DNA of 64,000 nucleotides from Azolla caroliniana (Eukaryota; Plantae; Polypodiophyta). The notes below the pieces were generated by a model, which worked only from the letters and a program-made list of their open reading frames with translations, ran no database searches and was not told where the DNA came from. Each line of letters opens with the position of its first letter. Position 1 is the stretch's first letter. Made by a program: the position numbers and the translations under genes. Location: NCBI GenBank assembly GCA_043228905.1, contig JBHGNT010000018.1, forward strand, positions 14,818,001-14,882,000, given 5' to 3'. Of this stretch, positions 12,834-26,238 are shown piece after piece.

Positions 12834-15800
12834 GATCTGTGCAGCCCATTAGTGGTTCCATTCCCTCTAAGCAAGTTAGTGATGTGTTCGTAGCCCAAGT
12901 AATAGTTAGTACTAAAAGTACCCCTCCAGTACATGTCCTAGCACTCCTAGATTCCGGAGCTAACTCTTGCTTTATGGATAAGAAATTTGCTCAAACTCAT
13001 AAGATATCCCTAAGAAAACTCCAGTGTCCAGCCTCTGTAGTAATCATTGATGGACGTCCCATTGCTTCCGGAAATATCATAGAAGAGTCAGAGCCCATTA
13101 ATATTGTCCTAGATAACTTAGCATGTGTAGTATCATTTAATATTATTAGTATCCCAGAACATCCTATAGTTTTAGGATTACCGTGGTTCGAGTTACATAA
13201 CCCAGACATAGATTGGAGAACAAGAGAAATCCGGTGTCGACAAACCCAAGGGTCAACTCAGAAGATGGCAACCATTTCGCTACGTCAGTTGCGTAAAGAA
13301 GGGTGCAAGGAGGAAATGTTCCTCTTTGCAATATCAGTAAACCCCTCCAGCACCACTAAAGAAGAATCCACCGTTCAACTTCCCGAGAATTATCGTCATT
13401 ACCCGATGTGTTCGATAAAGTACAAGCCAACACACTTCCTCATCATCGACCGTACGATTGCCCCATCGATTTACAACCGGGAAAAGAGCCGCCATGGGGA
13501 CCGATCTACAATTTGTCACCAACCGAGTTGGAAGTCCTTCGGGCCTATATAGAGGAGAATTTGGAAAATGGTTTCATTCGGCATTCGAAATCTCCAGCCG
13601 GCACGCCCATTTTCTTCATAAAAAAAAAAGATGGATCACTTCGTCTCGTTGTAGATTACCGTGGCTTGAATAAGGTTACAATCAGGAATAGGTATGCTCT
13701 TCCCCTTATCTCAAGTCTTTTAGAACGGATCAATGGTGTCAGGTTCTTCACAAAGATCGACTTACGGGGAGCATATAACCTCGTACGGATCCGACCAGGA
13801 GACGAATGGAAGACCGCGTTTCGCACCAGATATGGGCACTTCGAGTATACAGTCATGCCGTTCGGCCTCACTAATGCGCCGATAGTCTTCCAGCACATGG
13901 CTAATGATATATTCTGAGATCTATTGGATGATTGTTTGATCATCTATTTGGATGATCTACTGGTTTATTCAAAGACCCAAGAAGAACATGATTCTCATGT
14001 ACTATTAGTACTAAAACGACTTCGAAAACATGGTCTGTATGCAAAGCTGGAAAAATGTAGTTTCGGGTGCAACCAAGTGGAATTTCTCAGCTAGATCATT
14101 TCGTCAGAAGGCATCTCCATGGACCCAGCTAAGATCAAAACGGTGGTAGAATGGCAGACTCCGCATTCGGTGCGGGATGTGCAATGCTTCTTAGGCTTTG
14201 CCATTTTTTACCGGAAGTTCATACAAGATTACTCAAAGATCGTTCTGCCTCTCACACAACTTACCAGGAAGGGACAACCGTTCATCTGGTCTGAAGAAAT
14301 GGACATGGCTTTCGAGAGTCTTAAAAAGGCATTTACATCGACTCCAATTCTAGCTCATGTCGATCTGGAAAAACCATTCATTATCGAAGCTGACGCATCG
14401 GATTTTGCATTGGGGAGCATTCTGTCACAGCAGGGGAATGATGAGAGGCTACATCCTATGGCTTTTCACTCACGCAAGTTTGACGCCGCTTAAAACAACT
14501 ACGAAATTCATGATAAGGAGCTATTGGCAATAGTGGATTCTTTTATGCAATGGAGGCATTTTCTGGAGGGATCCTCTCATCCAGTCACCGTATTTAGTGA
14601 CCACAAGAATCTTGCCTACTTTCAGGATGCTCGTGTGTTGAATCGACGTCAAGCTCGGTGGGCCCACTTCCTCACGCGTTTCGACTTCAAAATTACATAT
14701 TGTCCGGGGAGGCACCAAGGGAAGGCAGATGCATTATCACGACGTTCGTATCTAGCACCCCATCCTGGCGAGCCAGCTTTCGATAACCAAGAACAAGTCA
14801 TCTTGGGACCGGCACGACTACAAGCAACACAGATTTTTGACATGCCTATGGATTCCCGCGTTATCGATACCATACGTGAAGACTTGAAGACAGATGTGTT
14901 CGCCCAAGCTATACTAGCACAAATTGATCCCTCTCGAGCGTCGTGTTCACAGTCGCAACCACCAGGTACAAACTATCGGCAATTCAAATACCATGATGGA
15001 TTACTCTTCTTTAAAGAACTTTTGTATGTTCCTAATGGTTCTTGCCGCCTTCGAGTAGTACAAAACTGTCATGACACATATATAGTTGGGCATTTTGGTA
15101 GTACTAAAACATTACATTTAGTACAACGAACATTCTGGTGGCCCTGTATGCGACAATTTGTCGAGGATTTTGTTCGGACTTGTGATACATGTTGCAGAGC
15201 AAAAATTCCAAGGCATCATCCATATGGTTTATTAGAACCATTACCAATTCCAAGCAAGCCGTGGCAATCCATTGCTCTAGACTTCATCACAGATCTTCCA
15301 GTCTCTAAGGGGTTCAATGCAATTCTAACGGTGGTCGATCGACCATGGACCCCAGTTCGTGTCAAAATTCTAGAAGCACCTTTTTAACATGCTCAAGGTC
15401 ACTTGTAACCTCTCTTCCGGCTACCACCCACAAACCGACGGCCAAGCTGAACGAACAAATCAAACGTTGGAGCAGTATCTGCGGTGCTTTCTTAGCGATT
15501 ATCAAGATGACTGGGCAAATATTCTCCACTTCGCCGAATTTGCCTATAACAACTCTATCCACACATCCACTAAAGTTACGCCATTTTATGCTTATACGGG
15601 ATGTCACCCCCGGTGGAGTGTACTTGAAACCCCAGAGGTGTCCACAAATCCGTGCGCGGAGGATCGTTTGGGGCAGTTACGCAAGATACAAGCGGATTTA
15701 TCTACTCATCTCGAGCAAGCTCAACAAACACACAAGGTCTACGCGGATCGTCATCAACTTCCATCCAGTTTTATTATTGGAGATCGGGTGTGGCTGCTAC

Positions 15801-16258
15801 GACGACACATCAAGACTACTCGTCCATGTGAGAAGTTAGATTATCGGCGATTAGGTCCTTTCCGTATTATTGGACAGATTAATGATGTCGCTTTTCGTCT
15901 CGATCTACCTCCTCAACTTCAGATACATCCGGTGTTTCATAGTTCTCTCCTCGAACCCTACCACGAGAGCACCATCCCAGGACGTCTTATCCAACCTCCA
16001 CCCCCGATCGAGCTTGAAGATGGGCCGGAGTACGAGGTTGCCACCATCCTTGATTCCAAGATTGTTCACAACAAGCTCTACTATCTAGTCGATTGGCTAG
16101 GCTATAGCCCCAGCGAACGTACTTGGGAACCGATCGAGAATGTGACCAATGCTCGTGCTCTTCTTGAAGACTTCCATCGTCAATATCCACACAAACCAAG
16201 TCCTCAATCCAAGACGACTCGTGACACTCGTCGTTTTAAAGGGGGGATAGTGTCATGA
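12788..16258 (+). pseudogene. pol: Chromovirus Pol: protease, RT, RNase H, integrase (core partly deleted at ~15343) and C-terminal chromodomain
   Basis: LLDSGANS; [21 protein letters not shown] at 13945-13956; EADASD; GHFG...CDTC; GPF; EYEVATILD...YYLVDWLGY...TWEP. Frameshifts and stops present. Confidence 0.92.
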
Positions 16259-16265
16259 TATGGCA

Positions 16266-16320
16266 AGATTCGAACCCATGACCTTAGGTTATATGGGTCA
16301 AGCTCTTGACCATTAGATCA
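16266..16320 (-). promoter_or_regulatory. tRNA-like A-box/B-box module in the LTR U3, antisense to the element
   Basis: Minus strand tgatctaatgg-N33-ggttcgaatct, canonical tRNA spacing, with aaggtc variable-loop-like segment. Confidence 0.6.
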
Positions 16321-17780
16321 TCTATTGTAATACATAAGATATTATTTTCATTTACATTTTATTATAGGAAATTAGTGTATATTCCAGATTTCTCTGGAAC
16401 ATTCTAGAAGCTTCAGGATTACTCCTGAAAACACTATAAAAGAGGGCACTAGGCATTATGTTGAACCAAATTGGTTCAATGCCAGTCTTAAGCCTTTTAG
16501 CCACCATTGTATATTCTCTTCATATAATACATATCTTTCTTATCATCACTCTCTCTCTCTCTCTCGATCTCTCTCTTTCTCTCTGTCTCACTCACTTCTT
16601 CCTTCTCTCGAAGAAGTTCCACACTTCTCATAGTACTAATCCTTCGTTTAGTACTAATTCCTTCTCTGTCTCAGTACTGTTCATGACAGCATGTTCAGTC
16701 CGCGCATCAACTATTCAGGTATGGGAGTGACACTATGGATAGGGGACTTTTATACTAGCACGATATCACTGAAAAGCTAGTTGGATATACTGATGCCGAA
16801 TGGGGAAGTGATGCGTCGAATCATTGGTCAACATACGGATTTATGTTTTCTCTTGATAGCACGACCGTTGCGTGGAGCAGCAAGAAGCAGCCGACATATC
16901 GGGGAGCTACCATTACCACCTGTGAAGCCATCTACCTACGACGGTTGTTGCATTCCTCCAAATCGAAGTATCGACCCCAACCCCGATCTACTGCGATTAT
17001 ATAAGTAGCATGCGCTAGCCAAGAACCCTGTGTTCCATGCTCAAACGAAGCACATAGAAGTGCATTATCACTTTGTGCATGAACGGGTCCTCAACAATGA
17101 AGTCGAACTTCAGTATGTTCAGACAGATCGACAGGTTTCAGACATTTTCCCCAAGGCACTCGACATCAACAAGTTGCAACTTTTTTTGGAGCTGCTTGGG
17201 TTACAACATCTCAACATGCTATGGATCACTTCGATCCCGAGGAAGTAATGAAGGTCCCCCATGGCCCCTTCATTTCGAATGCATCTGACAGCTGGGACTT
17301 CACTTGGTTAATTTCAACGAGTCCGCATATAGTAGGATACATAATGGACCTCTGGACCTTTCCAAATGAACAATGAAGAGTCCGACTTTAAGGCCACAAA
17401 CCCCCTCTTACACAACCGATATATGATTTTCGAATTCCAAGCATGGGGGGCTTGTTTGAAGTTGTAGAGCAACTTCTAACACATTCGCATTCACAAGTGG
17501 AAGGATCGCGCATAAATGGAAGGATAAGGAATATTCTGTTTGATTTTAGTACTTTTTTAGTGATATTACAAAACATATTGATACGAGTATCATACATTCT
17601 CAAATATACTATGAAAAAGGTTGAAAATCCACCATTTTCGTGATTTAAAAATAAATAAATAAAGAGGAATTTCAAAATGTTTAGGGTTTAATTATTTCAC
17701 AAACTTTACAACCAATGTTTTTTATAAGAAGTGATATTCATAGGAATCAAATGAATTCAAAACACATGCTTTTATATTAC

Positions 17781-20672
17781 TCAATTTGCTACAAGTGGAA
17801 GGTAGTTACACTTAATAGCCAAAAATACATTCATGATCACTCCTTTACGGAGAATCACTACTATAACTAATATACATTGAGGATTCTTCCTCGTCATCCT
17901 CGGATGTACCAACAATGCATTATCTTCATCATAAACCAAATAGTGTGACTCTAGATTATATGTAGCAGATCTTGTTTGCCTTTGACTCGAGCCACCTTGT
18001 AGACCTGGTAATTTTTCTTTTATTATATCTATTGTTGACTTCCTTAAACGGCTAGCTTTTGTAACTGTGAAGTTGTACATGTTGATATCCACATTAGAGA
18101 CGTCAAGGGTGAAGGTGTTATAAATGTTTAGCTTCCTCTTCCTACCTCCCCTTGTCGTTAGGCATTCAATTATCTCCAATGTATACTTACTAGTAAAAGC
18201 ATTTTCACTTCTAGTGTTGTACCAATGCACTTTGATAGACTTGATCGTGTTTCTTATTTCATACATTAGCACTTCTAAAATTTTACCAATCCAACATTGG
18301 TGGCCATGTGAGTTCTCATCAGCAGGTGTTGCAATCAACATCCCCGCTGTGAGCTCTTGCAAATTGCCTTGCCATCTAGCTTCAGCTGCTTTAGTCATCC
18401 TTGGTCCCACATAAATGTCTCTTTGTTGTGGATGGACCAAACTATCATTAATCACATTTGTTGGTTGCTCCGGAGTTTTATTTACACAATCATGTTCTAG
18501 CGACCATGTGAATGGCGTTTCCAAGGTCCAATTATCACCAGATACACAATTGTCAATAATTCCTTTCTGATCACTAAAAAATACATCCCACCATGGTGTG
18601 TCTTTTTGTGCGGCATATTTCTTTGCGGCCTCAATATGCTTTCTTTTTTCTGTTAAGGCTTGGATCCATAAGTGTTTTTGTTCCAATACCAAGTCACTAT
18701 GCAACTATCCTCTCTTCTCAATTGGCATTTGTTTAGCTCCATGGACTATTGTAGTCGGTATACAAAGTAAGAACTGGGAACCACCTTCAGGTTCCCATTT
18801 TGTAGAAGATGAATATTGTTTGGCATACAAAAGTGTAGAACCACTTATTTCATTTTTCTTTATCATAAAAATGTGATTAAAGCTTATATTGTCTAATTGG
18901 GCAAGCACTTTAACATTCCCAACACCCCCATCTGATGTATATATCTTAAAGTCATATACCTCCTTCAAGTATAACACTTTTGGGCGTGGTGTATATGCAT
19001 CACAAATGACATCAAATAGTTTTGTTAATGTGAAAGCATCACAAATGACAACTGTCTAGAGAATGTGCTAAACATCTGATCTATATGATCATGTGTGTGG
19101 TCAACCAAAAGAAAATTGATTTTCACTTTTCTAAACAATCCTTGGTTGACCAACATACTTAGATAGCCAAACACAGTTGAATTTTTGTTCTCTCTAGCAA
19201 TATTGTCCAATTGAATGTATAGAAGAGGGGGGAACGGTTGGCCCCAAGACATCAAAACTCGGTGAATCACTGTAACTGTTAGGTTAGGGTCATTGTGAAC
19301 ATTGGGGTATGTAATGAAGATGTGAGGTCCAACTAACCTATTATAAGCCAAGCTTCCCACCAAGTGCATTTGAACAAGGCACTCATCATTGATGTCTTTG
19401 GGGTGCTTCCACATATGCGGCAAGCTCATCTTCTTCTGGTCCATGCCATCGATCATTATGCACATGTATTGTTTGGGCCTCTTCAAACACTTCTCTCTAT
19501 GATGCATCGCCTTCTTTCGTTCTAACGATTGTGCCTCACGATGCTCCTGTAGTAACTTCTTACTCATATCCTTTTCCGTTGATGTCTTCGCACCTTTAGC
19601 CAAACTTTTAAGATTTGCACAAATTGAGCAATACCCCATGCATACTTTACGCAGAATAATAACATTTGAAAACCATGCTCTCCACAATCTTGTGAATTGG
19701 TTGTATGTGACATATTTATTACTTGAGTCCACGATATCTGATCGATAGACATCATACATTTCCCGATGTGTGTAATTATCAGAGAGGTGCATCCTGCCTG
19801 TAGTGGGCATTACATCACAATTTGACTGAAAGTAACTTTTCATCCAACCAATAACATGTCTTCCAATTGCACCTTTCATACTTGGAACCTCTTTACAATT
19901 GAGCATCTAATCCCCGTTAAGAAGACGTTGTTGTACTTTATGTAGCCACGTGTTACTAACACATAGCGCAAGTTTGAATGCAACTCTACATATTTGTTGT
20001 GCATGGAAGATATAATACTCGAATGATAGTTTGATCCCCGAAGATTTGTAAGACACCAATTGCATATGTGAGCTGAGGTAAGTGTCTTGCTCAACACCAA
20101 ACATCGAAAAATAATAACGCCTTAATTCTCGCAACTTTGATTTTCCAATCATTGCATACAGCCACAACCACAACATGTTTTGTTGACATCAAATCCAAGT
20201 TGCTTATCTGATGTCACTAAGTTAAATCTGGCCAAACAAATTCTACGTGGGATTCTTCTAATATGCATAGGGCTTCCCAATTTCTCTTCTTGCCTAGAAA
20301 TTGGGGTAACCACGTTACAATCAATTTCTTTGTTGTTAGGCTGCATGCCCATGATCTTCAATGTTTCATTGGCATTACCTTCATTGTTTGTATCTTTATT
20401 AATATCGTATTCTTCAATAAAGAACTCTTCACATGAGTCATTATTCACATGAGCTTTAGGAGAAGATGAGCTCAGAAAATATTCTTCGATGGAAAACGGT
20501 GAGAGTTTATCGACAAACAATATTCTTCGATGGAAAACGGTGAGTTTATCGATAGACAATATTCTTCGATAGAAAATGGTGAGTCTGTCGACAGACAACA
20601 CACTTCGGTAGAAAACAATGAGTTTGATGACAAGCAATATTCTTCAATCGAAAACGGCGCGTCTTCACTCAT
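17781..20672 (-). pseudogene. Degenerate DDD transposase, Sola1/DUF7869-like
   Basis: CSIC zinc-like motif, IDGMDQKK, YIQLDN..RENKN, FLLVxHTHDHIDQMFS; ORF pieces abut at in-frame stops (19907/19906, 18705/18704). Element left end probably near 17392; no right TIR found. Confidence 0.7.
20479..20660. repeat. ~39-bp tandem repeat, about 5 copies, encoding PFSIEEYCLSxxS on the minus strand
   Basis: Repeated aatattcttcgatggaaaacggtgagtttatcgac. Confidence 0.8.
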
Positions 20673-21139
20673 GGCTTAAGGTCAACACAGAGCTCTCCAA
20701 GTTATGTGCTTAGGCTAATATAAGAGATTGAAACAAATGATAAGCCCCTCTATAAACATAAGCTTCCTCAATAAAGAAAGACATTATTATTTATATAATA
20801 ATTTTATTAATTATATTAATAACTATATACACTAATCAGTATAATGTCCATAAATTATATTTTATACCTTATTAATCCTGTAGTCTAGAATTAAAATTAA
20901 ATTTACTTTATACATATAGTATAATATTACCCAAATATATGAAGACATAAATATGCAAGTATAATCCCAATCATTTGTGCAATAATGAAGTAACAATCAT
21001 TCATAAATTATTATTCCCCACGTGTAAATCAACTTGGTACTCCTATAATGTGTATTAAATAAAAAAAGTTAAGAATATAGTATACATATAGTATATATAC
21101 ATTCAATTTTTATATACATATAGTATATATTTACAATCA

Positions 21140-21400
21140 TTAGAGAGTCATATAAATGTTGGTTTAAATTTTAAATCATTGGTTCATTCATGACTATCAT
21201 ATTTAATAAGAAACATTAGAGTCATAAATATGTTGGTTTGAGTATTCAATCATTGGTTCATTCATGATCTTCATATTTAATAATGAACATTACAGAGTCA
21301 TAAATATGTTGGTTAGACTATTCAATCATTGTTTGATTCATGACCATCACATTCAATCAAAAACATAAGAGAATCATAAATATGTTGGTTTGAGTATTTA
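21140..21400. repeat. AT-rich ~75-bp tandem repeat, about 3.5 copies, between the two divergent ORFs
   Basis: agagtcataaatatgttggttt unit starts at 21144, 21218, 21294, 21370. Confidence 0.85.
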
Positions 21401-21644
21401 ACAAAGTGTACTAAAGTCTAACAAACTATCTTTTAGGTCTAAGTAACTAACTTGTAGGTAACCAACTATGGTTGGACTAACCACAATTACTTTAACCACA
21501 GTGGCCAAGCCCTATAAATAGAAAGACCTCCTCATTTGTAGATCTCACACGTGCAATCAAGAGCACACGAAGCCCAGAGCACGCAAAGCTACACCAACGC
21601 AACAACAATCGTCGATCTCACTGTCAGCACCTAACCCGAAAATC

Positions 21645-23598
21645 ATGTCTTCGAAGAAGCTTGAGCGCACGGATTCTAGGTAAGCAACACTATTGTACGG
21701 ACACTCTTATATTTATTATTTTTTCAACCATCTATATACATATCATAACTCTGATACAAACAGAAACTCGATACGTCGTATCGAGTTCCTGTTTAAAAGC
21801 ATCTATTATCAACATGACCTCGATATGATGTATCGAGTTCCTGATCCGAGGGAGTCTTTTAAATAGGAACTCCTACTTTAAAAAACCCCTACTTTAAACA
21901 GAAACTCAATATGCCGTATCGAAATATTGTGTTTTTGAAAAATTATTGGCATATGTGTGTCCATACACCAATTTAGATGGCAAATTAGGATAGTTTTTTA
22001 AAAAATTGCTTGATTTTGTAACATTTAGCACCATTGCTGAAATAGGGAACTTGACCTAAAGTTGATTAAAACACTAGAAAATATCACACAAATTAGGGTT
22101 ATGATATCAATGTGACCTTACCTACGGTTCGATATGAAATATGTCCTAGCAAAATTCTTAAGAATTATGATTTTCCGAGTTAAATAGGCTGTAACAAATT
22201 TACATCTACAATAAAGGTCTATGATTTTTACCTCTAACATTAATTGAAATAAAGGGACTGACACAAGTCGCTTGCCAGTGTTAGTCTTAGTCTACCTATG
22301 GCAATTTTGTTAGGTAGCCTAAATCTGAGGACCCAACTGACATATATTTTCCACGTCCTATCTTAAATAGGTCGTTTGAGAACTTATCGGATAGGCTCTC
22401 CGGTAGAGACCCAGAAACAAGTAGTTACCTAGAACTTGAAGAGAGGAAAGAAGCTTTTGTTCAATGCGGAGACTAAATCTCAACCATTTGATGAAGTTAG
22501 CCAGAAAAAGATGTTAGCAGCTCCTGGTGGTGAGGACCTTCCTGACTGTGACCTAATGGACAACGAATGGTGTATGTAGCACGTTGATTCGAAGAAGAAA
22601 GTCATGTTATACTACAAAGAAGAAGGGTGACAGTCGCCTTGAAAAAGACACTCCTTTTATGTATGGTCGTATTTTTACGATTTAACTATGAAGATTCTAA
22701 TTCCATCAACATTCTTGTCATGATAGACTGCTCTAAGGGAGTATGTAAAGTGTACCTCTTGGAAGATCAGCTTGTCAAGAAGTGTTGTGGGCCTGAATCT
22801 TTTAAAGTCAATCTTCAGGGTTTATAAAATCTAATTGTAACCTTGAGACCATATATACAAGGCCACATAACTCTAAGGGATGCCTCGCCATCCCAGGTAA
22901 AGGCCTCCAAAACAGCCTCAAAGGTGCAATCAAGACCGGCAAAAAAGAAGATGACAAAAATGTTAGACTTTGAATCATCAACCTCAACTGAAGATGAGGA
23001 AACTAGGGCGATGCCAAATGCTAAGCTAACATCCAGTGTTTTGTCATCTGAGCAGAATAAGATTCGAAGAGAGTTAATGCATTGGAAATTGGTGAGAAAA
23101 GGGGTCTTCAATTTGCCTATACCACACATTCATAGGCCACTAGTAGATGTTAAAACAAGACGAAGACCACTTGAGATCAGAGAGCCTCACCAAATCCATG
23201 TTCAAAATCTCAAGAAAAAAATGAAAATAAATCCACATGCTATAGTTGTGCCTTTTATTGTAATGGTGGATCCCGAAGAATGTTCCACAACTGAGGACTT
23301 TGACGTGAGGAAGCATGATCAATACAATTACATTGTAATTGGTGGCACGCCGACAACTTGTTCGAGAGAACCCAACCACTTTCTTCTTCAAGTATGCCGA
23401 GTGCAAAATATAAGCGGGCCTCACAACTGAAGAGGCAAAGCTCTTGGCATGGGACCACAACAATGACGACTATAGGCAAAAAATGTCATCTATCAAACGG
23501 ATAAGGTTCTTCCACCATGAATACCTGCACGTCAAACAAAAGTTCGGTGTAAAGATATACTTGAGTTTATGACATCAATGCCTTCATGAGGTTGGCAA
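21645..23598 (+). pseudogene. Spliced accessory gene remnant with a ParB/Sulfiredoxin-like domain, divergent from the transposase
   Basis: TATAAATA at 21513; ATG at 21645; AG|GTAAGC donor at 21680; CTGAC branch point ~22337; TAG acceptor at 22370; IREP...HVQNLKKKM, PFIVMV, YIVIGG, then after a frameshift GLTTEEAKLLAWDHNNDDYRQKMS. Confidence 0.5.
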
Positions 23599-23599
23599 T

Positions 23600-25347
23600 G
23601 TTAAGTCGGATGGTCTTTGTAAATATGAGTCATGGTTTCAACCAAGCAAACCTCAAAAAGCAAAGATGTGGGCCAAGTGGATACGAAAGATGTGATCACA
23701 AAATCTAACAAGGATAATACTAGCATAGAAGTCATGGTCAATTCCAACACAAGAGTATACCAAGAAAGTGGACAAAGTGGGAAGCATGCAATGTGGTCAC
23801 TTAAGGACCGAGAGGAGAGCATGCCGCTAAACAACGAATCGCTAAGAGTACTCAACCACAGTATTTCGATAAGTCTTTCGAAAGGCATGTATGGAGCAAC
23901 AAAGGATGATAAAAGAAAGTTAAATGACCAAGGAGATGGTCGAAATGAAGGTGGCACATGCACGAGGCATAAAGCATTATGCTCAAGAGGAGCAAAGAGA
24001 GCCATGACAACCGATTATGGAAATGCAAAGAGTAAACGAAGAATATGGTGGATCGGATGGCAATGGCAATTAGGGTACATCAACGAAAAATTAAATTAAA
24101 CAAAAATGGGGCCTCATCACAATTGGCACATACCGGTAGATGTGCAGGTTTGGTGAGGGCGAATGTCGTGTGAATCTTCACACACTATGTAAAAAATAAT
24201 GAAATAAGTATTTTAGATTATATTAGTAGCTTACTATAGAAAGATGGATATACTCAAGAGCTTCAAAATGTATTTTACTATATACAAAATGGAGAAATAC
24301 ATATCAAGTTATGTGAAAATGAAGTTTGAGAAGATAGAGAAATTAGAACTATCCCACATAGATAGGAAACTTAAGGCCCTGGCTATATAAGCACCTTGAG
24401 CTCCCTCATTTTTCATTTGTGCTAAGAGCACTTTGGCCACTTTGTCTTGATGGATGATGGTGTCCAAGTTCCCAAAAATTGGAAATCAGCTGATAAAGCA
24501 AAATCAGAACCGCAAAACCGGAAACCGGGTCGGTAAGCAAAACCGCGGCAATCGGCGACTGGATGGAACCGGCGGCGGCAATCAGCGACCGGACGGAACT
24601 GGCGACCGGACGAGGCTGGACGCAAACCAAACGGATATCAAGAACATGTGGCTAATTAAACTGAAGTGAAGAAAACTAAAATCATGTGGACGGTCGCATG
24701 CAACTAAAAGAAGAAGCCATGCAACTAAAAGAAAAAGTCATGCAACTAAATATAGATGCAACTAAACGTAGAGGCCATGCAACAAAAAGTGGACATGATA
24801 TGATGAACGGGGAAATCCATATATATTCCATCTTTTTTTTACACTCATCCTCTCTCCATTATTTTTCTTTTCCTTCTCAGCTCCCTTATCTTAGGGAAGC
24901 CAATAACTCTCATAAACCCTAAATTCCCTACAGAAGCCATAACACTCAAAAACCCTAATTTCCTTACGGAATCCATAAACCCTAAAATTTCCCTACAGAA
25001 GCCATATCTCTCAAAATCCAAAATTCCTTATCAAAGCCATATCACTCAAGAATCATAATCTCTTATTTCCTCTAATCTATTATTCTAGTAATCTCCTTAA
25101 GATAAAACTTTTGTAATCCCAATCTTGGGATTGATTGTAATTTTTCTTTTCTATCTGTTAATGAAATTTGTCAATCTTTCTCATTTTCCATTAATTGTTT
25201 AATATAAACATACGAATCTCATATCTTCCGGTCGGAGGCCTCGGGGTCTTGCCTCAAGTTCACGTATCCTCGTCGTATTTTCGCGACAACGGTCCACTCT
25301 ATTTCTTCTATTATGAGAGGGTAAATAGTCGACGTTGACCGAAGACA
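23600..25347 (+). mobile_element. 3' portion of a Phygy-like Gypsy element: non-coding interior, pre-PPT hairpin, PPT and LTR 24164-25347
   Basis: Same hairpin and PPT-like context as 38110-38147; LTR starts tgtcgtg and ends gaagaca (alternative end 25288); telobox-containing ~35-40-bp repeats at 24890-25060. Confidence 0.65.
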
Positions 25348-26238
25348 TGGCACAAACTGTAGTGCTAGCGAGAAACCCACGCGATCCCCACCAGGAAAGT
25401 GAGTGGTTGTGACCCCCACGGAAATTAGAATGTGAGCAATCGAAATCGAAAGTGAGTGCAAGACTTGAACTATAATGAAAATGCAATGCAAGCCAGCAAT
25501 GATCCGATCCCCACCAGGAAAGTGCGTGGTTGTGACCCCCACCGGAACTAGGAAGGTGCGCAATCGAAAGCACTCCTCACCAAAACAATGATGCAAAATG
25601 ATACCCAAAAATGATGACAAGTAGTGTTGATGAAAACGATGGTTGGGCGAAGAGGTGCTCAAAATGATGACGTCGAAGACAAGGATGTTGATGACGGTAA
25701 CTCCGGAAGCAAGGATAGTGATGATGGTAACGCTAGAAGCGAAGACGACAACGAAGACATGTGATGCTTCCAATTGGAAGGGATTCAAATTGTCACAGAC
25801 ACACCAAGCGTGGACTCAGACGGAGCACAAACGACAAGGCTACAAGGAACTTGAGAAGCTAGGAACGGACATCAAAGAATGAAAACAAAGATGAAGAAGG
25901 AGACAAGATGGAATGAAACGTGAGAATACTAGATTGATGTATCAATGACTAGTGTTGAATCCCTTGAAAGGGACCAATGATGTTACAAGTATTTATACTA
26001 TTTCCGAGATTGAATATCTCTATAATATACTCGAGAATATAACCGTTTAGAATATACCACAAAATAATTCTAGAATATAACGAGTAGAATATTCTCGAAT
26101 GTACTATACACTAGACTCTACAATATATACAAGTTCACACAATCGAATGTGGACAGTTCACAAGAGTTTCCATATGGTTAACACAACACCGTGTATTCTA
26201 TGTGTTAAAAGTCAGAGGTTCGAGTCTAGAATGTGACA
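25348..26238 (-). mobile_element. Second, truncated copy of the TRIM family (5' LTR 25791-26238)
   Basis: Homologous to 6270-7259; PBS aagggattcaa at 25778-25788 complementary to 25955-25965. Confidence 0.8.

Larger units (their letters stand above)
11171..16688 (+). mobile_element. Tcn1-like chromovirus (Ty3/Gypsy), structurally full-length but inactivated; LTRs 11171-11571 and 16251-16688
   Basis: TGTCATGA...TCATGACA termini; exact 5-bp TSD GCATG (11166-11170, 16689-16693); PPT aaaggggggatag at 16238-16250; gag-PR-RT-RH-INT-chromodomain order. Confidence 0.95.

Noticed and set aside
16261-16327. Bona fide tRNA gene
   Set aside because: Acceptor, anticodon and T stems do not pair properly and it sits inside an LTR; reported only as a promoter-like module
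20479-21400. CRISPR-like arrays
   Set aside because: Whole units are repeated with no unique spacers, there are no cas genes, and the context is eukaryotic
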